A stretch of DNA of 64,000 nucleotides from Longimicrobiales bacterium (GCA_965202805.1 OZ241869.1:1280001-1344000); one strand, 5' to 3'; counted from the first letter of the stretch, positions 9,594 through 23,236 are shown. Notes: generated by a model not told the origin, from the letters alone. Made by a program: numbers and translations.

Positions 9594-12500
9594 ACGCGGC
9601 CGACAACGCCATTCTCGACCTGATCGAGGCGACCACGCCCTTCCGGTCGCTGCGGGCGCGGCTGCCGGCCGCAGGCAGCGAGTTGCGTCTCGGGGGCACG
9701 GCCGGCTCGCTGGGACACGCGGTGCTGGCCGCCCTGGCCCGCGCGACGCGGGACCGCCTGGTCGTGCTCCTCGCCCCGTCGCCGGACGGGGCGGTCGCGG
9801 CCGAGGCGGATCTGGAAGCCCTCGTGGGCTCCGATTGGGTCGCGGCCTATCCCCAGCGGGAGTCCCTCCCCTACGAGAGCGACGACTTCCACATCGAGAT
9901 CGAGGGGCGTCGGGTCGAGGCCGTGGAGGCCGTCTTCGGCAACCGCTGCCGCCTGCTGGTGACCACGCCGCGCGCCCTCCAGGAACGAGCCTCCTTCCCC
10001 ACCCGGCTCACCCACCTGCACCTCACGCTGAAGACGGGCGACGAAGTGGGGCTCACCGCTCTGGCGGGCAAACTGGCGGAGCGCGGGTTCCACAAGGCTC
10101 CCCTGGTGGAGGAAGTCGGTCAGTTCGCAGTGCGCGGGGGCATCGTGGATGTCTTCTCCTTCGGTTCCCCCGATCCGGTGCGCGTCGAGTTCCTGGGGGA
10201 CGAAATCGGCTCCATGCGCCGCTTCGACATCCTCGACCAGCGCTCCAAGGGGTCGATCGCCGAGGTACGCCTGCTCCCGGTCAGGCTGGACGACGGCGGG
10301 GGACCGGGCGCTCCGGGCGCGCCCCGCTCCCTGCTCGACCTGCTGCCCGCGGACACCCTGGTCGCGCGCTGGGCGGCCCACGACCTGAAGGACTCCGCCG
10401 ACCACACGTGGCGAGAGGTGGAACGCCGCCACGCCGAAGCCGTCGCGGGTGGGGACGACCCTCCCCCGCCGGACACGGTCTGCCTCCGCCCCGGCGGCCT
10501 GCTCGAGCGGCTGGCCGCCTTCCCCGGGCTGGCCCTTTCCCCCGCCGCCGACGGCCGGATCCTCTTCGACTCGGAGTCGCCCCCCGCCATCTCCCGTGAC
10601 ATGAAGCGGTTGAAGCAGGTGCTGCGCGACGGCGCCGCCCGCGGCGACCGCACCCTGATCCTCTGCGACAACGAGGGGCAGATTCAGCGCCTGGAGGAGA
10701 TCCTCGGAGGGCAGATGCGCCTGGCCGCGGGCACCCAGCTCGCCGTGGGAGCGCTGGAGCGGGGCTTCACGCTCAACGACTCGCTCCCGCGCCTGCGAAT
10801 CCTCACCGATCACGAGATCTTCCTGCGCACGCGCCGCATTCGCCGGCAGCGGCGCTTTCGCGGCTCGGCCTCGCTGGAGAGCGTCGCGCAACTCGCCCCC
10901 GGGGACGCGGTCGTGCACATGGACCACGGCATCGGCCGCTTCCGGGGGCTGGAGCACGTCACCATCGGAGGCGAGGAAATCGAGTCGATTCTGATCGAGT
11001 ATGCGGGCGCCGAGTTCCTGCGCGTTCCCGTGTACCGGCTCGATCTCCTGGAACGCTGGGTCGGCAGCACCGAGGAAGCGGAGCCGCCGCCCGTGCATCG
11101 CATCGGGGGGAAGCGCTGGAAGAATCTGCGCGCCCGCACCGAGCAGGCCATCCGCAAGGTCGCCACCGAACTTCTCGAGCTCTACGCCCGCCGCGAGATG
11201 GCCGGGGGTCACCCGTTCGCTCCGGACACCCGCTGGCAGAAGGAGATGGAGTCCTCCTTCCTCTACGAGGACACGCGCGATCAGCGGCGCGTGGTCGAAG
11301 AGATCAAGCGGGACATGGAGGCGGCCGCGCCCATGGACCGGCTGGTCTGCGGAGACGTGGGCTACGGCAAGACCGAGGTGGCGATTCGCGCCGCCTTCAA
11401 GGCGGTCCAGGACGGAAAGCAGGTCGCCGTGCTCGCGCCAACCACGGTGCTGGTCGAGCAGCACGCGCGGACCTTCGGAGAGCGTCTCGCCGACTACCCG
11501 GTGACCGTGGGGGCGCTGAACCGGTTCCGGAGCGCGAAGGAGACGACCCGCCTGCTGGAACAGATCCGCGGCGGAACGCTCGACGTTGCCATCGGCACCC
11601 ATCGCCTGCTTTCGAAGGATGTCGTCTTCCGCGACCTCGGACTCCTCGTCGTCGACGAGGAACAGCGATTCGGGGTCCGCCACAAGGAGCGGCTCAAGGA
11701 GCTGAGGGCCTCGGTGGACGTGCTCACCCTCACGGCCACGCCCATACCGCGCACCCTCCAGCTCTCCCTCGCGGGCCTGCGCAACCTTTCGCTCATCCGG
11801 ACGCCGCCCCGCGACCGGGTCCCCATCACCACCCATGTCATCCCCTGGAACGACCACATCCTGTACGACGGCCTGTGGCGGGAGCTCGACCGGGGCGGCC
11901 AGGTCTTCTTCCTCCACAACCGCGTGCAGACCATCCACAGCACCGCCGAGAAGGTGCGCGCGCTTGCGCCCGGCGCGGCTGTCGCGGTCGCCCACGGCCA
12001 GATGGGCGGCCGCCAGCTCGACCGCGTGATGCTCGATTTCGTCAACGGTGACCTGGACGTGCTGGTCTGCACGGCCATCATCGAGAACGGCCTGGACGTC
12101 CCCAACGCCAACACGCTGATCGTCGACCGCGCGGACCGCTTCGGGCTCGCGCAGCTCTACCAGATTCGTGGCCGGGTCGGGCGCTCCGACCGCCACGCGC
12201 ACTGCTACCTGGTCGTCCCCGACGGCGTTTCCAGAGACGCGATGCGGCGCGTGCGCGTGCTCGAGCGCCACACCGACCTGGGCAGCGGCTACGCCGTGGC
12301 GATGCGCGACCTGGAGATGCGCGGCGCCGGCAACCTGCTGGGAGAGGACCAGTCGGGGTACGCGCAGGCGGTCGGCGTCGATACCTACATGCGTCTGCTG
12401 CGCAAGACCGTGGAGCGAATGAAGCGGGGACGAACCGAGGAGCCCGCACCGCGCGATCCGGAGATCTCGCTCGCCGGATCGGCCTACCTGCCGGACAGTT

Positions 12501-12907
12501 ACGTGCCCGATTCGGGGCAGAAGCTCCACCTCTACCGGCGTCTGTCGCGCATCACGACCAAGACCGGACTCGACGAGTTCGCCGCGGAGTTGCGCGATCG
12601 CTTCGGGGCGCTGCCGCCCCCGGCCGACCGCCTGCTCGACGGCCACGTGCTGCGCCTGCTGGGCCGCGGGATCGGCCTCCGGCGCATCCTGGTGCGCGGA
12701 CGGCGCGCACGACTCACCTTCCGTGACGACATGGTGCCCCGGCTCGCCGCGCTGGAAGAGCCGCTCCGGGACCGATTGGTGGCCGTGGAGGTACGCAGGA
12801 TGTCGCCCCTGTCGCTCGTGCTCCGACAGGAGGGCGCGGATCCGCTGACCGCGACGCTGATCCGGGCGCTGGCCCGGCTGTCGGCGAACCGCGCCAGAGC
12901 CGCCTGA
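9590..12907 (+). CDS. mfd: Transcription-repair coupling factor Mfd
   Basis: ATG at 9590 overlaps the upstream stop. UvrB-like FAVRGGIVDVF, RID VVHMDHGIGRF, GDVGYGKTEVA, DEEQRFGV, TATPIPRTL, QIRGRVGRS and RDLEMRGAGNLLG. Confidence 0.97.
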   Translation: MNAADNAILDLIEATTPFRSLRARLPAAGSELRLGGTAGSLGHAVLAALARATRDRLVVLLAPSPDGAVAAEADLEALVGSDWVAAYPQRESLPYESDDFHIEIEGRRVEAVEAVFGNRCRLLVTTPRALQERASFPTRLTHLHLTLKTGDEVGLTALAGKLAERGFHKAPLVEEVGQFAVRGGIVDVFSFGSPDPVRVEFLGDEIGSMRRFDILDQRSKGSIAEVRLLPVRLDDGGGPGAPGAPRSLLDLLPADTLVARWAAHDLKDSADHTWREVERRHAEAVAGGDDPPPPDTVCLRPGGLLERLAAFPGLALSPAADGRILFDSESPPAISRDMKRLKQVLRDGAARGDRTLILCDNEGQIQRLEEILGGQMRLAAGTQLAVGALERGFTLNDSLPRLRILTDHEIFLRTRRIRRQRRFRGSASLESVAQLAPGDAVVHMDHGIGRFRGLEHVTIGGEEIESILIEYAGAEFLRVPVYRLDLLERWVGSTEEAEPPPVHRIGGKRWKNLRARTEQAIRKVATELLELYARREMAGGHPFAPDTRWQKEMESSFLYEDTRDQRRVVEEIKRDMEAAAPMDRLVCGDVGYGKTEVAIRAAFKAVQDGKQVAVLAPTTVLVEQHARTFGERLADYPVTVGALNRFRSAKETTRLLEQIRGGTLDVAIGTHRLLSKDVVFRDLGLLVVDEEQRFGVRHKERLKELRASVDVLTLTATPIPRTLQLSLAGLRNLSLIRTPPRDRVPITTHVIPWNDHILYDGLWRELDRGGQVFFLHNRVQTIHSTAEKVRALAPGAAVAVAHGQMGGRQLDRVMLDFVNGDLDVLVCTAIIENGLDVPNANTLIVDRADRFGLAQLYQIRGRVGRSDRHAHCYLVVPDGVSRDAMRRVRVLERHTDLGSGYAVAMRDLEMRGAGNLLGEDQSGYAQAVGVDTYMRLLRKTVERMKRGRTEEPAPRDPEISLAGSAYLPDSYVPDSGQKLHLYRRLSRITTKTGLDEFAAELRDRFGALPPPADRLLDGHVLRLLGRGIGLRRILVRGRRARLTFRDDMVPRLAALEEPLRDRLVAVEVRRMSPLSLVLRQEGADPLTATLIRALARLSANRARAA

Positions 12908-12987
12908 CGCGATACCGGGGACGTGGGCGAGCGAACTCCGGGGAATGGGCATAGTATGTACGCAGGCCTGACCATCGGGAGTGAAAC

Positions 12988-14445
12988 ATGAAGGGTTCCG
13001 CACACACCGTCCCACGGATGCTTGGCATCGTCTGCCTCGCGGCTCTCCCCGCGATCGGCGGGTGCGGCGATTCCGCTCCGGGAGACGAAGTCGTCGCCCG
13101 CGCCGCCGGCTACGAGCTGTCCGTGGACGAGACCGCCGATCTGCTCGCGCGCCAGACGCAGCTTCCCGACCAGGCCGACGTGGTGGAGGCCATCGCCGGT
13201 CTCTGGATCGACTACACCCTGTTCGCCGTCGCCGTCCTGGAAGACTCGACCTTCCAGCACATCGACCTGCTCCCGCTGGTGAGGCAGGAGATCGAGCAGG
13301 AACTGGTGGCGCGCCTGCGCGAGCGCGTGATCCAGGTGGACACCGCCTTCACCGAAGAACAGCTGCGGCAGATCTACGAGGAGCAGTCGGCGGGGGCGGA
13401 GGTGCGCGCGCGCCACATTCTCCTTTCGCTCGATCCGGGAGCGGACGCCCCCACCGCCGACAGCGTCATGGAGTTCGCCGGCGGCCTGCGCGAGAGGATC
13501 CTGGCGGGGGAGGACTTCGCGGCACTGGCCGGTGAGTTCAGCCAGGATCCGGGGACGGCGACCCAGGGCGGAGACCTGGGCTCCTTCCGGCGCGGCCAGA
13601 TGGTTCCGGCCTTCGACTCCGCGGCGTTCTCGCTGGAGCCCGGAGAGCTGAGCGGCCCCGTGCGTACGGGCTTCGGCGTCCACATCCTGCGGGTCGACGA
13701 ACGGACCCAGCTCCCCTTCGAGGAGGCGCGCTCCCAGTTCGAGCCGCAGCTCAAGCTCGGTCTCGTCAGCCAGGCCGAGGAGGCCTACCTGGCCCGGGTC
13801 ATGAGCCGCGCGGAAATGGAGCCGGTGGATGGAGGCGCCGAGATCGCCCGCCAGCTGGCCGCGCGTCCCAGCCAGCGCCTCAGCAACCGGGCCGCGGCCC
13901 GTGAACTCTTCCGCTTCGAGGGGGGAGCATACACGGCGGCCGACTTCCACCGCTTCCTGGCCGAGCAGGGACCACCCTTCCGCGCGCAGGTGCGCACCGC
14001 CACCGATGACCAGCTGACCGGGCTTCTCGGGAACCTCGCCCAGAGCAAGGTCCTGGTGAACGAGGCCGAGCTGGCCGGCATCTCGCTCAGCGACGCCGAA
14101 CAGGACTCGCTGCTCGTGGTCGCCCGCACCCGCTTCACGCGCGCGGCCCGCGATCTGGAGCTGACCAGCGTGACGCCGGCGGAGGGGGAATCGACGCGGG
14201 ACGCCGTCGAGGCCATCGTGCGCGGCGTAATGCAGCGCATCATCGACGGAGACGAGAACATTCCGGCCCTCGGACACCTCTCGTTCGCGCTGCGGGAGGA
14301 GTACCGTTCCGACGTGTACGAGAACAGCTTCAACGCCGTGACGCAGCGCACCAGCGAGTTCAGGGTGATCCGGGGCCGCTCCCAGCCGATCCAGCCCCCG
14401 GACTCCCCGGCCGCGGCTCCCAACGCGCCGCCGCCCGGCAATTGA
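12988..14445 (+). CDS. Parvulin-type peptidyl-prolyl isomerase, probable lipoprotein
   Basis: VRARHILL...FAALAGEFSQDPGTATQGGDLG...MVPAFDSAAF...TGFGVHIL rotamase domain; lipobox-like IGGC. Confidence 0.85.
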   Translation: MKGSAHTVPRMLGIVCLAALPAIGGCGDSAPGDEVVARAAGYELSVDETADLLARQTQLPDQADVVEAIAGLWIDYTLFAVAVLEDSTFQHIDLLPLVRQEIEQELVARLRERVIQVDTAFTEEQLRQIYEEQSAGAEVRARHILLSLDPGADAPTADSVMEFAGGLRERILAGEDFAALAGEFSQDPGTATQGGDLGSFRRGQMVPAFDSAAFSLEPGELSGPVRTGFGVHILRVDERTQLPFEEARSQFEPQLKLGLVSQAEEAYLARVMSRAEMEPVDGGAEIARQLAARPSQRLSNRAAARELFRFEGGAYTAADFHRFLAEQGPPFRAQVRTATDDQLTGLLGNLAQSKVLVNEAELAGISLSDAEQDSLLVVARTRFTRAARDLELTSVTPAEGESTRDAVEAIVRGVMQRIIDGDENIPALGHLSFALREEYRSDVYENSFNAVTQRTSEFRVIRGRSQPIQPPDSPAAAPNAPPPGN

Positions 14446-14597
14446 AGGCGATGCCCGCGCACGTGGCCCGGCGACCTCGGGATCCCGCGGCCGCTCGCTC
14501 CGGAACCCGGCGCCAGCACGGGGTTTACACGGGATCGAAGCACGGATGTGCGTTCCGTCCTCCGCTCGATCCCCCGATAGCCGCAGGTCCAAACCGC

Positions 14598-15944
14598 ATG
14601 GCGAAGCCTCTTCTTCCGACCCCTGGCCGCCCTGCCCCGCGGCCTCTCCTCATCCTCGCGCTGCTCTTCTGCCCCGCCCTGGCGCGGGCACAGGAGCCGG
14701 GACGCCTCCCGGAAGTCGTCGACGGCGTCGTGGCGATCGCCGGCGATTCGGTGATCCTGCGATCCGAGGTGCAGGAACGCCTGCTCCAGATGCGCGCCAG
14801 CGGGGCGCCCATGCCGGAAGATCCGGCGGGCATCATGCGCCTTCAGGATGAAATCGTCGAATCCCTGGTCAACGAGCAGCTTCTCCTGCAGGCAGCCGAG
14901 AGCGACAGCACCATCATCGTCTCCGACGAGGAACTGGAGGCCATCGTCCAGCAGGACCTGGACGAGCGAATACGCAACGTAGGAGGAATGGGGCAGCTGG
15001 TGGCCCTCCTCGGCGAACAGGGACTGAACCTCATCAGCTACCGCGAAATGCTGAAGGAGCAGGCGCGCCGGCAGCGCCTGCAGTCCCTCTGGGTGGGCAG
15101 GCGACGCGCGGACATCGGCCCCATCGTGGTGACCGAAGGAGAGGTGCGCGACTTCATCGACGCGCAGCGCGAGCAACTGCCCAAGCGCCCGGCCTCCATC
15201 ATCTTCCGCCAGGTCCTCGTGCGCGCCGAGCCATCCGACTCCACCCGTGAGGCGGCCCGGCTGGAGGCGGAGCGCCTGCTGGGGCTCATCCGCGAGGGAG
15301 AGGACTTCGAGGAACTCGCCCGCCGGTATTCCCGGGATCCGTCGAGCGCGGCGCAGGGCGGAGATCTGGGATGGTTCCCCCGGGGACGCATGGTGCGCGA
15401 GTTCGAAGACGCCGCCTTCGGGATGTTCCAGGAGGGACAGGTGAGCGACGTGGTCGAGACCGACTTCGGCGCGCACATCATCCGCGTCGACCGCATCAGC
15501 CTCGGGGAACGGAGGGCGCGGCACATCCTCATCACCGCGGAAACCAACGCAGGCGATGAGGAGGCCGCGCAGGTTCTGGCGGATGAGCTTCTCGAGCGGG
15601 CACGCGGCGGCGAGTCCATGAGAGCGCTTCACGAGGAGTACGGGTACAAGGCCCAGCCGCCGCTGGATTCGCTCCAGATCTTCACGCCCCAGCTCGGATC
15701 GCTCCCCCCCGGATACGTCAGCGAGATCGGGTCGGCCGCGGATGGGGATGTCGTCGGCCCCATCGAATTCGATGACCGCGGCAAGGTGTTCGCGGTGGTC
15801 AAGGTGCTCGAGACGCGGCCGGAGGGCGACTACACCTATGACGATCTGCGGACCCGCGTGGAGGATCAGCTGCGCGAGACCAAGGTGCTGGACGAGATCA
15901 TCGAAGAGTTGCGCGCACGGGCGCACGTCGAGCTTCGGCCCTGA
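14598..15944 (+). CDS. surA: SurA-like periplasmic chaperone/PPIase
   Basis: VVDGVVAIAGDSVILRSEV (SurA N-terminus) and two rotamase-like domains. Lies directly upstream of pdxA as in the surA-pdxA arrangement. Confidence 0.8.
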   Translation: MAKPLLPTPGRPAPRPLLILALLFCPALARAQEPGRLPEVVDGVVAIAGDSVILRSEVQERLLQMRASGAPMPEDPAGIMRLQDEIVESLVNEQLLLQAAESDSTIIVSDEELEAIVQQDLDERIRNVGGMGQLVALLGEQGLNLISYREMLKEQARRQRLQSLWVGRRRADIGPIVVTEGEVRDFIDAQREQLPKRPASIIFRQVLVRAEPSDSTREAARLEAERLLGLIREGEDFEELARRYSRDPSSAAQGGDLGWFPRGRMVREFEDAAFGMFQEGQVSDVVETDFGAHIIRVDRISLGERRARHILITAETNAGDEEAAQVLADELLERARGGESMRALHEEYGYKAQPPLDSLQIFTPQLGSLPPGYVSEIGSAADGDVVGPIEFDDRGKVFAVVKVLETRPEGDYTYDDLRTRVEDQLRETKVLDEIIEELRARAHVELRP

Positions 15945-15974
15945 TCCCCCGTTGCCCATCGTTCCAGGACTGAC

Positions 15975-16976
15975 GTGACCGCTTTTGCCCCCGCTCCACC
16001 CGCGCGACTCGCCGTGACCCTCGGGGACCCGCGCGGCATCGGGCCCGAAGTGATGTCGGTGGCCGCCCGCCGCTTCCTGGACGAAGACCCGGGCGTCGAA
16101 CTGCTCGTGCTGGGACCGGCGGGGGCGGACCCGGGGGTGGGCGAGTATCGGGCCATGGGAACGTGGGACGGCTCGGAGGTGAGCGCGGGAGCGTTGTCGT
16201 TCGCCGCGCTGGAGAACGCGGTGGGGCTGGCGATGGAAGGTGTGGTGGCCGGGATCGTGACCGGACCGGTGCACAAGCCCGCGCTGCAGGCGGCGGGGAG
16301 CCGCCATCCCGGGCAGACCGAGTTGCTGCAGGCGCTCGCCGGGGCCGACGGATCCGGGATGCTCATGTGTGCCGAGCGGACGCGCCTGGGGGCTCCCCTG
16401 CGGGTTCTGCTGGCCACCCGGCACATCCCGCTGGCGCGGGTCGCTTCGCAGGTGACGGTAACCCTGCTCGTTCAACAGACCCGCCTCATGCTCGCGGGGC
16501 TGCGGACGGACTGGGCCATTGCCGAGCCGCGGGTCGCGCTGTGTGCGCTCAACCCGCACGCGTCCGATGGCGGCCTCTTCGGCGATGAAGAGGACAAGGT
16601 GTACGCGCCCGCCCTCGAAGCCCTGGCGCGCGAGGCCGGAAGGGTGGCCGGTCCTCTCCCCGCCGACACCGTGTTCGTGCGCGCGCTGCGGGGCGAGTTC
16701 GACGCGGTCGTCGCCCCCTACCACGATGTGGCGATGGCGGCCCTGAAGACGGTCTCCTTTGGCACAGGGGTGAACGTGACCCTGGGGTTGCCCTTCGTGC
16801 GCACCTCTCCCGACCACGGCACCGCCTTCGACATCGCCGGCCGGGGAGTGGCGGACGCCTCCTCCGCGCTGGAGGCATTGCGCCTTGCGAGCCGCGTCGC
16901 CGCCAACCGGTCGGCCACCACCCGTGGCGCCGGAGGGCAGGGAGACCGGACCGCGCCGCTGTCCGCGACCGCATGA
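15975..16976 (+). CDS. pdxA: 4-hydroxythreonine-4-phosphate dehydrogenase
   Basis: TLGDPRGIGPEV, HPGQTE, LNPHASDGGLFGDEE, YHD and TLGLPFVRTSPDHGTAFDIAG. Confidence 0.95.
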   Translation: MTAFAPAPPARLAVTLGDPRGIGPEVMSVAARRFLDEDPGVELLVLGPAGADPGVGEYRAMGTWDGSEVSAGALSFAALENAVGLAMEGVVAGIVTGPVHKPALQAAGSRHPGQTELLQALAGADGSGMLMCAERTRLGAPLRVLLATRHIPLARVASQVTVTLLVQQTRLMLAGLRTDWAIAEPRVALCALNPHASDGGLFGDEEDKVYAPALEALAREAGRVAGPLPADTVFVRALRGEFDAVVAPYHDVAMAALKTVSFGTGVNVTLGLPFVRTSPDHGTAFDIAGRGVADASSALEALRLASRVAANRSATTRGAGGQGDRTAPLSATA

Positions 16977-18115
16977 CGCTACCGCCGGTCGCGGGGCACG
17001 AGCGGACTCGTGCGACCTTCGCCGGAGCGCACGCAAGAGATTCCCTCCCCGCCGCGCTCCTGCTCCACGGCCTGGCGGGAACCGGCAAGCAGCGCATCGC
17101 CCTCTGGCTGGGCCAGCTGCTTCACTGCGAAGCGCCGGACGCCCGGGGCCCGTGCGCCCGCTGCCGTTCCTGCCGGATGGCGGTCGGGCTGCAGCATCCC
17201 GACCTGCACTGGTTCTTCCCCCTGCCCCGCCCCAAGCGCACCAGCGGGGCGGAGCGGATGGTGGCCGCCCTAGAAGAGGCGCGCGCGGCCGCCCTGGAGG
17301 CCATCCGGGGCGAGCCCCTCCGCCCCACCCACGGCGGCCGGCCGCAGGGCATCTACCTGGGTGCGGTCACCACCATCCGGCGCATGGCTCTCAAGCGGCC
17401 GTCGCTGGGCGAGCGGCAGGTCTTCGTCATCGGCAACGCGGAGGAACTCATCCCCCAGGAAGCCAGCGACCAGGCCGCCAACGCGCTGCTCAAGCTGCTG
17501 GAGGAACCGCCCGCCGGCACGACCTTCATCCTCACGTCGAGCGAGCCGGGCCGGCTGCTCCCCACGATCCGGTCGCGCACGGTCCCCTTCCACCTGGGCC
17601 CCCTGCCCCGCGAACGGGTGGAGCGCTTCCTGGTGGAGGTCGCCGAAGCGCCCCCCGCCGACGCCCGCCTGGCCGCGGCGCTGTCACGCGGGTCGATCGG
17701 GCGGGCGCTGGCCTTCCTGCCGGCGGACGGCGAGCCGGGACCGCTCGAGCTCGAGCGCACGCAGGCCCGCGGCCTGCTGGAGGCCACCCTCGATGGCGGC
17801 ATCGGCGCGGCCGCCACGGCGGCGAGCCGGGTCGGGGTGTCAGGCGCGCGCGGATTGCTGGGTCTGTTCGGCGCGCTCGAGGACTGGCTGCGCGACCTGG
17901 CAGCCGTGGCGACCGGCGCACCGGCCTTCAACCACGATGCCGGCCCGTTCCTCGAGCAGGCGGTCGCGCGGCGGAGCATACACCCGGAGGGAGTCGCGCG
18001 CGCGGTGGCGGAGGTGGAGCAGGCCAAGCACCTCGCGGCCACCAACGTCAACCCCCAGCTGCTCGTCTACGGCATGGTGCGCGACGCATCCGCGGCCCTG
18101 GAGACACGCACATGA
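16973..18115 (+). CDS. holB: DNA polymerase III delta' subunit
   Basis: GLAGTGK, Zn motif C..CARCRSC, HPDLHW, AANALLKLLEEP and LLPTIRSR. Confidence 0.9.
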   Translation: MTLPPVAGHERTRATFAGAHARDSLPAALLLHGLAGTGKQRIALWLGQLLHCEAPDARGPCARCRSCRMAVGLQHPDLHWFFPLPRPKRTSGAERMVAALEEARAAALEAIRGEPLRPTHGGRPQGIYLGAVTTIRRMALKRPSLGERQVFVIGNAEELIPQEASDQAANALLKLLEEPPAGTTFILTSSEPGRLLPTIRSRTVPFHLGPLPRERVERFLVEVAEAPPADARLAAALSRGSIGRALAFLPADGEPGPLELERTQARGLLEATLDGGIGAAATAASRVGVSGARGLLGLFGALEDWLRDLAAVATGAPAFNHDAGPFLEQAVARRSIHPEGVARAVAEVEQAKHLAATNVNPQLLVYGMVRDASAALETRT

Positions 18116-18594
18116 GCGATTCGCCGAAACTCACGCACCTCGACGCACGCGGCCGACCGCGCATGGTCGACGTCAGCGACAAGCCGGGCACCCGGCGCAC
18201 CGCCGTGGCGGAGGGCCGCATCCGAATGGCGCCCGCGACCCTCGCAGCCATCGAGGAGGGTACGGTCGCAAAGGGCAATGTCCTGCGCGTTGCCGAGGTG
18301 GCCGGCGTCATGGCCGGCAAGCGAACCGGCGAACTCATCCCCCTGTGCCACATTCTCCCCGCCGCCTCCATCCGGGTGGAAGTGGCGCCCGACCCCGACC
18401 TTCCGGGTGTTCGCGCCCGCGCGGCCGCCCGCATCGAAGGCCGGACCGGAGTGGAAATGGAGGCGCTCACCGCGGTGTCGGTGGCGCTGCTCACGGTCTA
18501 CGACATGGCCAAGGCGGCCGACCGCGGAATGGTCATCGAGGGAGTGCGCCTGCTGCGCAAGGAAGGAGGACGCTCCGGCGTCTGGCAGGCCTAA
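18112..18594 (+). CDS. moaC: Cyclic pyranopterin monophosphate synthase MoaC
   Basis: ATG at 18112 overlaps the holB stop. LTHLD...MVDVSDK, ELIPLCH, TGVEMEALTA, YDMAKA and KEGGRSG. Confidence 0.96.
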   Translation: MSDSPKLTHLDARGRPRMVDVSDKPGTRRTAVAEGRIRMAPATLAAIEEGTVAKGNVLRVAEVAGVMAGKRTGELIPLCHILPAASIRVEVAPDPDLPGVRARAAARIEGRTGVEMEALTAVSVALLTVYDMAKAADRGMVIEGVRLLRKEGGRSGVWQA

Positions 18595-18696
18595 CTTAGC
18601 CAGGCCTGGCCTTCAAAACGCCTTGCCGCCCCGGCGCCTCGCCGCCCTCGCCGCTCGCGCGGATTCGTCCACGGACCATGGGCAGCCCGCGGACTG

Positions 18697-21542
<2,846 letters not shown>

Positions 21543-21637
21543 TCAAACCCGGAAGTGCAGAACATTGCCGAGTCTACCCGGGTTCGAGATGAAGTGTCAA
21601 GCGCCGCGCCGCGACGCCGGGGCCGCGACCCGGACGG

Positions 21638-22045
21638 CTACTCGGAGGGGACTTCATCCTCGCGCGCCGAGGTGCCCCGGGTATCGTCCTCGCGACGGAT
21701 CGCACCGGCGCCCTCCCTGCGTTCTCCGGAGCCTCCCGTGCGCTCATCGGAGCCGTTCAGATCCCGCAGGAACTTCTGTCCGGCCGCCGAGACGTTGGAG
21801 AGGCCGCGATCCGCGGCCGCGAGGAGCTGAAACGCTTCACGGATGACGGCGGGTCTCACGGTGCGCTTGCGCAGGCTGTCCTCGAGTCTCTCGGCGAAGC
21901 GCTGGAAACCGGTGGGCTCCGGCTCCCCTTCCCGGTCACCGTACTTCTCCTCCAGGAACTCGATGTAGTCCAGAACCTGGTAGATCTGCCCGTCGGGCAG
22001 GCTCTCGATCTTCCTCAGCAGGCGGTTGCGCAGGGCATCATGCAT
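21638..22045 (-). CDS. Hypothetical protein (N-terminus resembles DUF2281)
   Basis: Coding-like composition: [25 protein letters not shown] lies upstream of the start. Confidence 0.6.
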   Translation of the reverse strand: MHDALRNRLLRKIESLPDGQIYQVLDYIEFLEEKYGDREGEPEPTGFQRFAERLEDSLRKRTVRPAVIREAFQLLAAADRGLSNVSAAGQKFLRDLNGSDERTGGSGERREGAGAIRREDDTRGTSAREDEVPSE

Positions 22046-22324
22046 TGGCGGTCATCCTTTTCCGAATCCTGGGCGTCCTACGGAGGGCTCACGTGTCGAG
22101 TTCCGGCGCCGAAGGATGGCGTCCGGACACCGATGCACCGCTCCCGCCGATGCCGACGCGGGCGTTCCCGATGCAGGCCGGGGAACACTTCCCCCGCAAA
22201 CCTTGCTGCGGGTCCGGAACCGCGTATCCTTCTGGCAGGGCCGGAGCGTCCCGGCAATCATCCGCGACACCATCCCGTGATGTGCGCGGTTTCAACATAC
22301 AACCGAACGCGGGACTTCGCGTAG

Positions 22325-23170
22325 ATGGCCTATCTGCCGCTGAAAAGCGTTTCCATCACCGGCGAAGCGAGGGATGTCTACCATCGCTGGCTCCAGGGGA
22401 TCGACGACGAGCTGTCGAACCCCGACTGCGACCGGCGCGACCTGTGCCGGCGCTTACTGACCGACATCTACCGGCCGCGGGGCATGAACGCGTCAACCCC
22501 GGGGCGATTCTCCTCCGGGTTCAAGCCCGCCGAGGCCGAGCGCGTCCGGCACCTGCACATGGATCCGGCCAACGTCACCGTCGAACCGGAGCACTACGCC
22601 GACATCGATCCGGAGCGCTACGCACGGGTCAAGCCCCTGCTCTGGCTGTGGGAGATGTTCGACAGGAGCCCGATGGGCGAAAACCTGTACCTGGGCGTGC
22701 TCTTCCGGCGCATCCTTGCCCGGCGCATCTTCCGCCGCTGCGGCAGGGACTTCAAGGCATTCCACCAGGTGAAATTCTCCTTCGGCTACAACATGGAGGT
22801 CGGGGACGGCGTGGTCGTGCACCGGCACGTGCTTCTCGATGACAGGGGCGGCATCCGCCTCGGCGACGGCGCCTCGGTGTCGGACTACGTCAACATCTAC
22901 AGCCACAGCCACGACGTGGTGAACGCTCCCGAGATCACGAACCGGATGACGGTGGTCGGGGCCGGCGTGCGCATCGCCTACCATGCCACCATCCTCACCG
23001 GCGTGACCCTCGGCGACGACAGCATGATCGGCGCGGGCGCGGTAGTGTCCAGGGACACGAAGGCCAGCGCCATCTACGCGGGGATTCCCGCCAAGCTGGT
23101 GCGCAGGAAGCCCGATCTGCCCAGGAGATCCGCACCGCCGGACCCGTTCGCGGGGATGTTCAACGGGTAG
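22325..23170 (+). CDS. Hexapeptide-repeat (LbetaH) acyltransferase
   Basis: LLDDRGGIRLGDGASVSDYVNIYSHSH...ILTGVTLGDDSMIGAGAVV...GIPAK. Confidence 0.85.
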   Translation: MAYLPLKSVSITGEARDVYHRWLQGIDDELSNPDCDRRDLCRRLLTDIYRPRGMNASTPGRFSSGFKPAEAERVRHLHMDPANVTVEPEHYADIDPERYARVKPLLWLWEMFDRSPMGENLYLGVLFRRILARRIFRRCGRDFKAFHQVKFSFGYNMEVGDGVVVHRHVLLDDRGGIRLGDGASVSDYVNIYSHSHDVVNAPEITNRMTVVGAGVRIAYHATILTGVTLGDDSMIGAGAVVSRDTKASAIYAGIPAKLVRRKPDLPRRSAPPDPFAGMFNG

Positions 23171-23236
23171 GGCCGCCCGGCCCCGGACCCTGCCTCCGGG
23201 CCCGTCGGGTCTCTCGGCCGGCACAGGTACTCCCAC

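Noticed and set aside
9377..17036. Very long antisense ORFs (9377..13015, 13785..17036; similarly 30376..33195, 33709..36414, 39527..42280, 59470..62283)
   Set aside because: They are shadows of well-supported opposite-strand genes in GC-rich DNA, where stops are scarce, and they contain no recognisable motifs.
21560..21600. tRNA-like GGTTCGA motif upstream of guaB
   Set aside because: There is no cloverleaf or acceptor stem, only a short AACCCGG/CCGGGTT inverted repeat.
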